A DNA stretch of 64,000 bases from Chara braunii (taxonomy: Eukaryota > Plantae > Charophyceae), in NCBI GenBank assembly GCA_003427395.1, contig BFEA01000018.1:5434290-5498289 (forward strand), given 5' to 3'. Within the stretch, counting starts at the first letter, position 1. The number at the start of each line of letters is the position of its first letter. Below the pieces are notes generated by a model, which saw nothing but the letters and a program-made list of their open reading frames with translations, made no database searches and was not told the DNA's origin. This document shows positions 14,898-28,470 of the stretch, piece by piece. The translations under genes were made by a program, and so were the position numbers.

Positions 14898-15370
14898 CTG
14901 TGTGTATTTTTAACGGGGCACGGGGGAATTAAACTCTCGTTGAATCCCGTTAAATTCAAAAAAATCTCGTTGAATTCGCGTTAAACACGAAAATGGGCCG
15001 CTCCCTCGCTTTTAGGAAAAACAGAATTGATGTGCGGGGTCCGGAACACGTGACCCTAGGCAAAAAAAATAAAAATAAAAAAATACCCCAACCCCTTAAG
15101 CACCTCTTAGGCTCTTAAACCACCGAATTAGACCAACACCGACCGGCCTGCCACCCGCCACTCAACAACCCCCCGGCACCAGTCCCCAAACCTACCCGGA
15201 AGCCCTCTAAGCCATCCGCCCCCACATCCCCCAACCCCCAACGCCCCAGTTATGTGTGTGTAGGTGTGCTGTGTGTGCGCATATGTGTGTATGTCTGTGC
15301 CTGCGCGTGAGAGTGTGTCTGTGCATGAATACGAATGTATGCACGTGTGTTTGTATACGTGTGTGTTTGT

Positions 15371-15408
<38 letters not shown>

Positions 15409-17577
15409 ATGATTGCTGGCATGTGTCCATTGTTTCCCTTTTGAGGGATAAAGTTTTTTTACGTTGAAAACTGGGGGTGGGCGATATGGGTTTAAGCGGA
15501 CGATTTGGTTTTTTTTTTTTTTTTTTTTTTCTCTTCTGCTGCATCTTCCCAGAAATGCAGTATCCAAGCTTTTTGTTGTTTGTTACCAAGTAACGAAATC
15601 TAGAACGGCCTGCCATGCCTCGTTGGCAGGGCTTGCTAAAAAAAGAAAAGAAAAAAAATGTACTTACCTTTGCCACGATAGTTGTGGACTCCACTCTGAC
15701 CAAATGTGCAAAATGAGCATGAATCTGGTAGAACATAGGTAGATACACTGCTAGTAGTTTAAAGCTTGAAATGTCATTTTTCCTAGCCGCGTATGGGACG
15801 GCACAGCCCTCAGTAGCTTGCTATTCGTTTTTCAAGTTTTTTTTTTTCTTTTATTATTTTACCCTCTTGCGATCCAAGAATCTGGGCTATGTCCAGCGGC
15901 CTAACTCAGTTGATTAGGCATGCAAGTGGCCTTCAGGAGGTTGTGGGTTCAATCCCCGCCTATGACACTCTCGATGCCAACCAACTGAGATAGTCAGCAA
16001 GATCTTCCAAGTCTGTATCAGCAAGGTCTTCAGCCAACACCGCTGGGAGGCACCCCCTATCCCTACTATCCTACCTCAGTGTGACCAGCACTGAGGACCA
16101 TCACGCTACCAGTATTGAGGGCAACTTGGACCATACAGCAGTGACAAGCACCAGGGTTGGGCCAACCTCCCAGCCCTAACAGAAGCGGAGGCGGACGAAC
16201 CATGCCATACAGGAACTTCGGACGCCAGACTCATGCAATCTGCTACATGCCCAATTTTGTGTGTGTGTGTGTGTCTTTTTTTCCTTTTTTTTATTTGCTT
16301 TTTGTGGTTTTGATTTTTTTTAAAATACACGAAGTTCTAAAAAAAAATAATAATAAAAAAATTGTTGTACATCTTTGAAAGATCTACAACCCTATATTTT
16401 GTATTTTTTTTTTTTTTTTTTTTTAGCCCTTAAAAAATCTGTNNNNNNNNNNNNNNNNNNNNNNNNNNNNNNNNNNNNNNNNNNNNNNNNNNNNNNNNNN
16501 NNNNNNNNNNNNNNNNNNNNNNNNNNNNNNNNNNNNNNNNNNNNNNNNNNNNNNNNNNNNNNNNNNNNNNNNNNNNNNNNNNNNNNNNNNNNNNNNNNNN
16601 NNNNNNNNNNNNNNNNNNNNNNNNNNNNNNNNNNNNNNNNNNNNNNNNNNNNNNNNNNNNNNNNNNNNNNNNNNNNNNNNNNNNNNNNNNNNNNNNNNNN
16701 NNNNNNNNNNNNNNNNNNNNNNNNNNNNNNNNNNNNNNNNNNNNNNNNNNNNNNNNNNNNNNNNNNNNNNNNNNNNNNNNNNNNNNNNNNNNNNNNNNNN
16801 NNNNNNNNNNNNNNNNNNNNNNNNNNNNNNNNNNNNNNNNNNNNNNNNNNNNNNNNNNNNNNNNNNNNNNNNNNNNNNNNNNNNNNNNNNNNNNNNNNNN
16901 NNNNNNNNNNNNNNNNNNNNNNNNNNNNNNNNNNNNNNNNNNNNNNNNNNNNNNNNNNNNNNNNNNNNNNNNNNNNNNNNNNNNNNNNNNNNNNNNNNNN
17001 NNNNNNNNNNNNNNNNNNNNNNNNNNNNNNNNNNNNNNNNNNNNNNNNNNNNNNNNNNNNNNNNNNNNNNNNNNNNNNNNNNNNNNNNNNNNNNNNNNNN
17101 NNNNNNNNNNNNNNNNNNNNNNNNNNNNNNNNNNNNNNNNNNNNNNNNNNNNNNNNNNNNNNNNNNNNNNNNNNNNNNNNNNNNNNNNNNNNNNNNNNNN
17201 NNNNNNNNNNNNNNNNNNNNNNNNNNNNNNNNNNNNNNNNNNNNNNNNNNNNNNNNNNNNNNNNNNNNNNNNNNNNNNNNNNNNNNNNNNNNNNNNNNNN
17301 NNNNNNNNNNNNNNNNNNNNNNNNNNNNNNNNNNNNNNNNNNNNNNNNNNNNNNNNNNNNNNNNNNNNNNNNNNNNNNNNNNNNNNNNNNNNNNNNNCCT
17401 GCCTACAACCCTTTTTTTTTTTTTTTTTTTTGGATAATTTTTAGCCGAGGAAAAAAATAATCGCGGACCCCGTTAATTCGCGTCCAACGCGCGTTTGAAC
17501 GAGAGTTTAACGTGAATTCAACGTGCGTTGAATTTTTCAACGCGGAACTCGCGTTGAATTCAAAATCGGACACACAG
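14898..17577. mobile_element. Non-autonomous TIR DNA transposon with 8-bp TSD (hAT-like)
   Basis: TSD GCATGATC (14890-14897 and 17578-17585); termini CTGTGTGT...ACACACAG; subterminal CGTTGAATT/CGTTAA repeats at both ends. Contains an N-gap. Confidence 0.85.
15890..15967 (+). mobile_element. tRNA-derived SINE head (pseudo-tRNA)
   Basis: A box TAACTCAGTTGA, B box GGTTCAATCCC, T-arm GTGGG..CCCGC; tRNA-like spacing but an imperfect cloverleaf. Confidence 0.6.
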
Positions 17578-19949
17578 GCATGATCTTTGCTGTTCCCAAT
17601 CAAAATGAAAGATTCATAAGACCGGAGACCGGCGAAGACCGCAATTGAAGGGTTTCGTTCGAAGCCGGACGCACACAACAGGAAGAGACTTGATTTATTC
17701 AATTATTTACTGCAAACAAACATTAAAACCTTGCGTGACAACCTGCTGGCTTTCTGGTCGCCTGAAGAGGCTTGACTAGAAAAAGTGCAACAATGTCCCT
17801 ACTCTCTGTAATGAGGGTGAAGGCAGATAGTATGAATGCGTTCTTTGATCTGCAAATCAGTCTACAAAAAATGACAATGTGGGTGACTGCAAATTTGAAG
17901 TTCGAATTCGCAGCGAGATCTGAAATTGACAGGTAGAAGATCCATAATCAACTTACCGTCATGCTAGCTTGCAGCGACAGCCTAAAGACGGTCCTCCAAT
18001 TTGGACTTTCCCCTCAGCTAACCTGGCGTGATACGTGTAACAAACTGTTATATGTGGTCACTAAGAGACTTCAGTTGACAACAACAACTTCTGAAATCAC
18101 CCAGCCTGCCCACTGCTACATCAAGGACCAATCTATGAAAGACGGGATTGTAAAGGAGGGTCAGGAATTGATAAGAATGAAAAGAGACATGACAACGAGC
18201 AAATTAAAAAAGAAACTAAGAAGGGACCACACCACTCATAGATCGAGACTTCTCACAAAGCTTGCACTCACTCCAAATAGATTACGAGGTGAAAGAAGGA
18301 GAAACTTAAAATTTAAAGAACACTCCCTCAAAATGAGTCATAAAGCGAGAGGGAATAAAGGACATGTTCATGCCTTGAAAGCTAGAACAAAACTGCAAAA
18401 CAGTTCAAACTATGAAGAACCTCTGCGCAAATTTCAACAAAGTGGTGGTCCGGTCTTCTCTGGTACACGGGCTGGTAACACAGAATATTGTGCTTTGCAG
18501 GGTAACCTTCAATCTTAAATCCCACACTTCGAACCCCTTTAGATTTCACTCTCCGTAACTTTTGAGTCACAGGCTTTAGTAGGCTGAGCGAAGGCACTCT
18601 GCTCTGCAGCTAGCCACACCACAACAACGTCACAGACAACATTGATGATCCTTCTCGAGGTCTGGTCCCGCTAACAGACCAACATACAGCTCACTCGAAA
18701 CATGCCCAGACAAGCCAAACTTTCAGTGACAATAACATAATTATTATTGGGCTAGAGCACCTCCCTCCTCTATCATCTGACATGACTATGACACAAAATG
18801 TGGTGCTCTCTACATCACAAACGGGGGTGTCACCACAGGCAAAGGCTGATTCGCAAAATTGGAGTTTGTCTCAGGCAGGGGACTCGGTGTTCTTATTGGA
18901 ACAATCACAACTAACCCAACAATTGAAGATGCAACCCTCTACTTAAGTAATACTACAGGGAGGGCAAATGAAATCGAAGGCAATCGAGATCATCTCTCCA
19001 ATTATAAAGGAAAAAAAATTCTTTATCCTAGAGGATGAGACGTCCAGATGCCAAAGTAGGAAATCCTCCCTCATGGAATGAGAGGATCCTACTCGGGCTT
19101 CTCAACCTAAGGATCAAAAATCAAATGACAAATAGAAGGATGAAGATGAGTTGGTGGTTGGGGAGGTAGAAAAATAGACTTAGCAGAGGACATTTCCTCA
19201 GCTACTTTTGCGCACCCCGTATCTTCCCACTATTACGCCCGTCACACTGAAAGACCCAACTACCAAAAGGCAGAAACTGGAATCTCGCTTATCATCAAAA
19301 CCTTTGTTACTCCCTCTATCAAGAGAAGGAACCGGGATTCTTCTTGTCGGATTTAAAGGAAGACGATGAGAGGCAGACCTTTCTGAGGTCAAAGACTCGC
19401 CATATGGGGACATTACGGTGCATTAAACAATATCATCAGAAGAGTCCCCCCCAAACAGACCAGGGGAGAAAACAGGAAAGACAATAATTAATTTTTATAC
19501 AACCAAGGTAATTAAAGACTCTTTCCTTCGGAAGGCTTGGCCACCTTCACCCTTATATCAGAGTCAGAGGATATTGTTGATCAAGATGTTTACTTAACGT
19601 ACAAAGCTTCAGACTCAGTAAATTTGAGATGTTTGAGGACAAATTCACTGATGGACCTACAAATTCTCAAAATTAAAGTCAGCCCCTTCTGGAAAGAAGA
19701 GGGTGTGATTGCCCTCCTCATTAGATTACTGAAGAAAACCTCCCTAAAAAAATGGAGGGATCTTAGATAAGGCATCATGGACGTCTCTCTAACTGCCCCA
19801 AACAACTGAGAGTGTCAAAAGTGTATAAAGAGTGTGACAAGAGTATTGAGTGTTGGATAGTTGAAGAAATATGGAGGAAAAAGCAGATGAAGTGAATTTA
19901 ATAGACTTACTCAGGATAAAAATTGGAGACTCCTCAAGAGAAATGCCGA

Positions 19950-22900
19950 TTTCGACCTTAAGAGCCTTAATGTCAACGGTCTTGCCTCATTCAAAAAGAA
20001 TAAAGGCATGCAATATTAGAACAACTCAAAGGAGTAGGGTCTAGAAAGTGGTCGGGTGTAATCTTTATCCAGGAGACACACTTGTTAGACATGCAAAATC
20101 ACAACCACACCCACAAAGAGGTATAGCCTTACACAATATACTCTGCTCGTGCTCCAAAACCAGGAAGTGCGGGTGTAGTTATATGGATCCCACTTGATTC
20201 TAAGGTAGAGGTACTCCTCTGGGAAGCGGATCCACAGGAAGGAAGATGAATTTATATAGTTGCAATGCTGAAACTGAAAGTCGTCAGTATCCTCAATGTA
20301 TATGGACTCAATCAGCCTAGCGAAAGAGTTAGTTTTTTTGAATTCGTCCTTCCTCACCTTCCTGAAGGCATCCCAATCATAATGGCGAGGGACTTTAATG
20401 TTACCCCTGATCACAACTTGGACAAATGCAATATCCCTTCCCCATGCCCTCCTTACATTGAATTAGATAAACAGTTAATTTCTAACATGTGTCATTCATC
20501 CAGTCTGTTTGACTCATTTAGAAGACTAAACCCTAACTCTAAGTTTTTCTCATGCTTTAGTCCCTCGAAGTCCCTTCCCTAATCTAGACCATGCCCTGGG
20601 AATGACAATCTTTGCTTTCCAAGAAAAAACAGGCCAAGGTAAGAGGTATTACAAACTCAATACATCCCACCTCACAGACAAAAACTTTCATTAATATGTT
20701 AAGGATGTATAAGACTTTTGAAGAGAACAATTGAGTGGTTCAACAACGGTCTAACATTTATAGGTCGTAAGTGCAATGAATATTCAAAGTCTCTGGCAAA
20801 ATATCAATAAGAAATCGACCTTCGCAAAATAATTCACGACCTCGAAGAAAGAGAAACAACTTTAGAAGATCAAGAATCATTACATTAAGTGGCTGATGAA
20901 TTAAGAGGTCCAAAAATTCAATTACTAGAACACATGAAATACGTGTGGCAAGGATTTGGAATCAGAGACAAATTGAAAAAACATCAAACCAAAGGATCCA
21001 TAGATGCGAGATTCTTTGTCGTGGTCAAGGCATGAACTAGAAGAACCATAGTTGAAACATTAACCTTCAGCTACCTCCACAACAACGAAAATTGCAAGAG
21101 ATGTCTTGAAGGATTTATTTCCTTCACAAACTTCATCAATTCCGAAACAGCAAAGGTCAATCGAAATAGAATAATTTTTAATCTCACTTAAAAGATTTAT
21201 CACATATGCTCAAAGGTTGGAAATAGAAAAGTCACCAAAGAAGAAATTTGGAAAACTCTAATTTTAATTGAAGAAGAAAAATCACATGGTATAGATGGTC
21301 TGCTCAAAGAATTTTGGGAAACAATGTGGGATTTCATCTCCCAAGATCTCATGAACTTCTATCAAACAATATGGAACTCAGCGCACATGTGGTAAATTGT
21401 TACTCAGGGGGTTCTCCCTCTCATGTACAAAAAGGGTGATAAATGTAATATTAGAAATTATCGCCTCATCACACTCCTTATTGTTGTATACAAACTAGTG
21501 GCTAAGGCCCTAGCAGATAAAATTCTTAAGGTTATAAAATATATCATTCACCCAACTCAAACGGGGTTCATCACGGGAAGGAATATTCAAGACAATATCC
21601 TGTTAATCAATGAATTAGTCAAAGTCTCTCGGCAATCTAAACATAATGCTACCTTCATCTTTATCGACTTCAAAAAAACGTATGACCATGTAGATTCGTT
21701 TTTTTTAAACCAATGTCTTGAGAAGATGAACTTTGGTCCCTGCTTCAGAAGATGGAAAAAAATTATGCACCAAAACATAACCACCAGGTTAGTCATAAAT
21801 GACAACATAGCTCCCCTGATTAGCGTTCAGAGATATGTCAGACAAGAGGCCTCGTTAACCCCATTTTTATTCATCATAATTATAGAAGCGCTAGCAGCCA
21901 ATCTGAATCATCACAAAGACATTAAAAAAATTCAAGTCACTTTCATTTCCGACGACGCGATTCCAGTGTGTTCCCTGTTTCGCGGATGACCTTTTATTGA
22001 GGGTAGATGCAACAAAGGAAAACATGGAGGCAATCGAGACATTGATGGATATTTTATGTACATTATCTGACATAAAGATTAATTGGGAAAATAAAACCAT
22101 TAGGTTGATGGATCCACCATCAACAAGTCATACCACAAGAAATTCTCAAAATGAAATGACTCTCCCCAGATACTCCCATTAGAGTCTTAGGCGTCTCTCT
22201 ATCAACTGAAGGTAGATCAAAATCAAATAATGAATGCATAATGCAGAATGTCTAGATTAAACTGGAACTATGGAAAAACAAACACACCTCCATCACGGGT
22301 CGCTCACTAATAATTAATAATGTAGTTTTTGCGTCAATATGGTACTGATAAGTCATCTGGTCCCTAGATAACTCGGTGATCAAGATATTCCAACAACAAC
22401 TCAGGACCTTTCTCTGGAGGGGTAACCATGATTACAAAAATGTTATTAGTAGAGTGGTCTGGTCTTCAATAATCCAAGCAAAGTCAAAAGGAGGGTTGGG
22501 TATCATTGTTCCAGCCACACAAGCAATGACGCTCTCAATCTAATGGATTAAGAAGCTTGTCTTCAATCCTCAAACCCCTTGGAATGCCCTAGCATGGTAA
22601 TAAATAAGGACACTGGCCCCACAGATTGCAGACTCGATTGACCCAGCAATGTGGTTAGAAAACCGTTCATGGTCCATGGCGAGGTACACCTCTAAGGACC
22701 AGGATGAGCAAAATGTATCTGATAGAGAGGCGATCAAACTAGACATCAGAAAGGACCCATTCTGACACACAATTCTTAAAACATGGAGGAAACTTCCCCT
22801 GCCTGATAAACACCCTCCCCAGAGATGGGAAGAAATCAGTAGGCAACCACTCTTTAACAATGAATGGATTAGAGATTCCCTCGGTGTCACCCAGCATTGT

Positions 22901-23590
22901 ACTGAATCGTCATGGAAAGGATGGATAAGAAAATGAATTACAAGAATTAAAGACATATGGGATACAAACACCAATGACTGGATCTCTCCCAAACTTCTAC
23001 ACAACAAACTTAAACATTGTCATTGAGTGGAAGAAATCCTAGATAAATTAACAGAATTAATCACTATTGATTGAGTGAGAATTCTCAACAAAGAGAAAAC
23101 ACTCAAAGAAACTGACTAAGTGGTCGTGGGCGAAGACACTCATTTGGTAAGAAATATTATACTTCTTTCCCAAAACAAAGAGGCCTTAATCTCCCTTTTC
23201 GAGCTAGCAGAGGACAACAAGGTTTCCCAGTGCCCAGATAATTAAACAAAATGAGTATCAATAGACAAGATATTTAGGACCAGAGTCCTTAAAATAGACT
23301 CACGTGCATGGTAAATGTTGGCGTTTAGACCTTCAAGCCGTATTGAGGACTTATTATAAGATCCTGCTACCTGGACATGGGGAACAAATACACACCTGAA
23401 AAAAAATTACAGCCGCTTCTTACACATTATTTGGGCAAGGATGATTTAAGACAGATCCAATGGTTCAAAACCATAAGATCAAAACCATCCAAAATCGCCT
23501 CACTAAAATGGCAAATGACAAATGACAAATGTATTCCTACAAAAGACTGGTTGATAAATAAAACCTCTATAGAAAAAGAAATCATTAAGC
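19950..23590 (+). pseudogene. LINE A ORF2 (AP endonuclease + reverse transcriptase), multiply disrupted
   Basis: ORF fragments 20265-20582, 21423-21989 and 23377-23604 carry APE, RT and C-terminal motifs homologous to LINEs B and C. Confidence 0.9.
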
Positions 23591-23596
23591 CCTCGG

Positions 23597-23733
23597 TTGC
23601 GTGATGACCATGCGATCGGTAGATATCTGTTGGTGGATGAGGGATACCCGAACTTGCCACAGTTGATGACCCCCGTCGGTGGGACAAGCAGGATACATGC
23701 GGAGCAGGTTTCGTACGCAAGGCCGTGTGGCGG
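23597..23733 (+). pseudogene. Second, internally deleted Harbinger transposase fragment
   Basis: YLLVDEGYPNLPQLMTP; direct repeat of 23980-24165. Confidence 0.8.
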
Positions 23734-23945
23734 TGTCGAGCGCATCGGTTCCCGCCTTTTTCGCAAAGGTGAGAACCTTCTCGGCCATGTCACGCAGGAG
23801 TTAACCAAAACAAAACAAAATGAGAGACAACTTGGGAACGATGCAAAATAAACATGCGAGCCGCCAAGACGGGTGCGTGGTAGCGTCGTTCCTTTGCCGC
23901 TCTAACCGGGTGCGCCAGCTATACATTCTGCGGTCCCCTACGACA
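23734..23945. repeat. 212-bp LTR-like direct repeat, copy 1 (TGTCG...CGACA)
   Basis: Highly similar to 24166-24377; 5-bp terminal inverted repeat; partial third copy at 36065-36121. Confidence 0.75.
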
Positions 23946-23958
23946 GCAGAGCGAGGTT

Positions 23959-24165
23959 TTGGGGACGGGCACAGAGGTGTTGCGTGATAACCATGGGATC
24001 AGTAGGTATCTGTTGGCGGATGAGGGATACCCGAACTTGCCATGGTTGATGACCCCCATCGGTGGGACAAGCAGGACACATGTGGAGCAGGTTTATGAGG
24101 ATGACCACACGTTGGCAAGGTCGTGCATCAAGCGAACTTTCGGTAGATTGAATGTCGTGTGGTGG
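23959..24165 (+). pseudogene. PIF/Harbinger (DDE_Tnp_4, HARBI1-like) transposase fragment
   Basis: YLLADEGYPNLPWLMTP...EQVYEDDHTLARSCIKRTFGRL matches the YLLGDxGYP..WLMTP..H..AR..IER.FG.L motif. Confidence 0.85.
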
Positions 24166-24377
24166 TGTCGAGCGCATCGGTTCCCGCCTTTTTCGCAAAG
24201 GCGAGAACCCTCCCGGCCATGTCACGCAGGAGTTAACCAAAACAAAACAAAATGAGAGACAACTCGGGAACAGCGCAAAATAAACCTGCGAGCCACCAGG
24301 ACGGGTGTACGGTCGCGTCGTCCCTTTGCCTCTCCAACCGGGTGTGCCAGCTTTACATCCCGCGGTCCGCTACGACA
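24166..24377. repeat. 212-bp LTR-like direct repeat, copy 2
   Basis: Highly similar to 23734-23945, with the same TGTCG...CGACA termini. Confidence 0.75.
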
Positions 24378-27300
24378 GGATAGGTTCCCGCGAGGCATAA
24401 GTTTTCCTTCCCTAAGGGGCTGCCACCACCCTTAGGGGTGTATCCCGACCGAGCTACTGACCCACATGCGAAAGTTTTTAAATGCAATTGTAAAGGTAGA
24501 TCATCCGAGATCGTTTGCTCGTTCGTTGTAGCATAGATACGCTTGGTTAACGCCAAGTGGACCCGAACACCATCCGTTCCTTAGGGCGCTGCTCTCCTAA
24601 GTAAGGAGCATACGTTGGTCGACTAGGATGGTCTCAACCAAGCGTGAAACCCTTAAATACGATCCTAGTCTCTTACAATCTTTTAACAATAATACAATAA
24701 AATTCATATACCTTGTATCAAAATCACGTAAGATCAAGTTTTTGACGTGATAAGCTGGTTTGCCAAAATTACTCTTCTCAACACATATGACTAAAGAACC
24801 TTTATAACGTCATTTCCAAGACGAAAGACTGTTATAAAACAAAATCGGGCAAGGTCATCCTAACTTTACACTTACGGAACCTTGCCACCAATAACTTCTG
24901 CAAGTAAATTTCACTGCTACCATGCAGACCAACAAGTGATCCGGATCCTGGTCGTAGCTTTAACTCTCAGGTTGACCACACCTCCACAATCATATTTAAA
25001 CTTACATGGAGATGTGAATTAATTTTGTTGGTCGCTTTGTCCTCCTCGGCAATAATTATTTTTTCTGTTCCCTAAGTGATGAAGCATTTGTCTTCACCAT
25101 CAGGTTACTTAGCACAAAATTACAATCATTGCACTTCAAAAAGAATGTTCAGCTTTCATTGTTTTTGCCACTAACATGATGATCAACGACCTTCTAAGAG
25201 GCTTAACATTTTTTCTAATTTCAACTTATTGTTTAACCTAAAGAATTTTTCTTTCTCATCTCAATCAACTTACTTTTAGCACGCATTAACATGCGTTGAT
25301 TATCCCTCAATGCATAAGCATGATAGTGCAATCATTGGGGCAATCCAGATAATATCCATCTGGTTGGACCTATCTACGAAATATTTTTTATTTATTTATT
25401 ATTATTACCTTTGTAGAGTCATATAAACATGACTCTATCTTAGGAACACTCAACACGACACATTAATATTATTCAAGGCACGTCTAGCCGATATAGAGTT
25501 GTCGACCCTCACGGGCCTCTGCTTCAATCTGGTCGAGTCGTGAGTACTCCTCGTCGTCAAAAGTCAAGGTGGTAATGCGTCCACCTCGCATGACCCGAAC
25601 CACTCCCGTACCATAGGAGGAAGTCATCCGCGAGGCTAGCCTCCAAACTATAGCGCGAAACAGTTGTCGCATTCGGAAAAGGTGCCTAGTAGTAGTGTCC
25701 TTAATCTGAATGACGATGTAGCGCTCTCCGGACAGGGCAATTATAACACTCACAATAACCTGAGAAAGGCATTAGAGGTTACTCGCGAGTCAGGAAAAAA
25801 CCCTTGCACATCTTTGAGCAGTCCAATGAAACCAGTCCAACAAGTGGGCGTATCATCCTGTATAAATAAAAGTCGTTCCGCACGCCGAATCAGCTCCTCA
25901 TCCATAGTGTCGCGTACCAGCATATATCTTGCCTGAGTGAGATCCCGTCGTCCGCTAATCATTTGCACACCCAAAGGAGTCGTCAGTTAAAGAGTCATTC
26001 CCAGATCTCACAAACCTCATCATCAAATGCGATGACGTCAAAACGCTCAGTACGAAAGATATTAAATTTATTCGCACGTACCCGTCTCACATGATAATAT
26101 CGCACAATATGTTGTTCATGCTCTAACAGAAAAATATAACTCCGCGGATGATTCCTTACACTTCCATCCCCAAAACACGGCTTATCTCCCTTCGAAAAGA
26201 CTTCATGCGAGTTATACACCAATCGTCATTTCCGTACCATATCGACACGTGACTGTATCGGTACTGCTATCCAATCTATCGTCGCCTCGCATGTACTGAA
26301 TAATCGAAGGATCACTGCTGATGTGGACATCTGAACGACAAAGTGATGACTTTGTCAAAATAAATTTATATATATTCATATTTGTGCTCAACCTTCTTTT
26401 CTCTCGGGCCGTGATTCTTATGTCACGGTCCTACCGCGAAGGTAGTGTCTACTTGTACTCCTTTGACATTATTTGAAACATGAACTAAGTTTATTTTGGC
26501 GCCAGTTCCCCATACGTTGGTGACGCCTAAGATGGTCACCCTAAAAAAAAGGTATTAAATTCAGTCTTCCCCCACTTGAAAGTAGGAGAAAACGGCTACC
26601 ATGCTACCATTTTCTCCAAGACATTCCACCCTCTAGAAAGTGGTATGGGATACCCCTCCTCCTCGTCCGAACACATTGTTCAGATCTCAGAAGTTGGGCT
26701 AGCTCCACCGCGATACAACATGGTATTCCCCCGTTAGACAGTCACTCCGGATCAATAACAGGGCCGACTCCTAAAGCAACGAACCCCTGCCCCGGATGCC
26801 TCCTAGAGAGAAGGAACCCCAATTACTAGGTGTCATTTCTCTATACTCCAACTAAATTTTGACTTAGACGAAAAAAGAATAAAATAAAAATGAGAGCTGA
26901 GATTTATTTGGACAAATATAGAAAGAAAGTGTCATTCGGGATAGAACGGGATGTTCATTGGGAAGATACTAGCATACAAGCAAAGAGTTGAAGAAAGGTT
27001 AACATTTCCATCATTCCTTTAGCACGCATAGTGTCGATCCTTTCTCACATCTATCCATTACCTACCTGCACAATAACAGAAAAAACAACCAAAAAATTAT
27101 CCATATTCCAACCAGAGTCAGACCCCTTTTCCCATATGCATGACTTCACACATTTCACTCTAACTTTTCATTGAATCCAAAGCAAGGCCATGCAAGGTGT
27201 GGGTTCACACAGATGTGTAGGGGAAACTGAGTCACAACTGACCTTGACTGAAGTTGACGATGACTCACTCAACACAACTCAAGTTGTGGTCGTTCACAAA

Positions 27301-28470
27301 ATATGATTTGTGTCCTTCTTCAAACATCACCACTGACACAGGATCTACTCACTAGGACTGAAGCGAGATAGCCCTCAAGAAGGGTGCTCTCACCTACAAG
27401 TCCCGCGTGATCCCACTATAATCCCAACGGCACCTCGCCCACCAAGAATAAGTCTACCTCAATCACCAACCTTCTTCAATCATCACACCAAATTACAAAA
27501 CGTTTGCCACTTGTCCCAGCCTCAATTTCAACTCACTTGGTCCAGTTGGATCCCAAGTGATTCCACGCCACCGCCGCACCACCAAATGATCCCCCAAAAC
27601 CCCTGGATTGCGGTGCTTGTTCAGACACAAAAAACACCTCCAGCCTTAATATCATAGGCTTACACCCTAGCAGGCAGATCACCAAGCACCGTGCCACCAA
27701 AAAAAGTTAACACCGTAGCCCCAATATACCGTCAACAAAAAAAAACCACCAGCCTCGCCGCGCAATTTCAGCAGTACCTCCCCTTAACATGCTGCCGAAT
27801 ACATCATATCATTGTCACTACCGCAAAAAAAATTGTTGCGCCGCACAAAAAATTTCATAGCACCTCCTTCCAAAAATACTACGGCGCAGCCTACCCACTC
27901 AAATATCACTTGTCATTGCGCAGGCCGTCGGACATCACCTCCCCGTCGTGAGCTTCTTGCCACACGATTCAAGCCTGCTGCAGCCCCACAGCTACAGCTC
28001 CCCATAAGCCTGCAGCATAAGCACAAAGGTGGGGCCAGAAACTCCCAACCTTTAGCTATGGCTGTTTCTCTCCTCCTCCAAGTGCTTCTGCAGACCTCCA
28101 GCACTTCGCCTCACTACACCAGCAGCCAGTCAGCCATCATCTACTCAAGTAGAATGCCTCAACAGCATTGCCACAAGTGTGAGGCTGCTGGGTGACAAGC
28201 TGGCTTTTATAGCTAGCCGAAGGCATGTGGGCAGCTGCCTTGCCCACAGCCAGGCAAAATTTTGTCAGTGCTTCAGGCCCTTGATCTAAATCAATGGCCA
28301 GGAGCTTTGTGCCTTGGTTTCCCCATAGGGGAACCAAGGTCATCAATTCGCAGAAGTACCTGACCATTTTCCCAGGCCAGGTGCTTCTGGAAATGGTTGT
28401 ACTCAGCCATTTCAGGACTGCATGTTCAAATGAATAGACGCAGTCCCATCCACCCCTAGAAGCTTCTAGG

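Larger units (their letters stand above)
10140..23590 (+). mobile_element. LINE A: degenerate L1/Tx1-clade retrotransposon, interrupted by nested insertions (~10712-11403, ~13065-17740)
   Basis: ORF1 zinc-knuckle remnant CFKCKVYGHLTSEFAC at ~12257-12305. APE motifs SLNVNGL (~19960), FIQETH (~20063) and ARDFN (~20385). RT motifs NYRLITLL, QTGF, IDFKKTYDHV, VRQEASL and frameshifted LFADD (~21975). Many stops. Boundaries are approximate. Confidence 0.85.

Noticed and set aside
15890-15967. Functional tRNA gene
   Set aside because: The acceptor and anticodon stems do not pair properly; treated as a SINE head.
26495-26580. LTR retrotransposon PBS/PPT
   Set aside because: Motifs are only suggestive; no paired long LTRs or gag-pol were identified.
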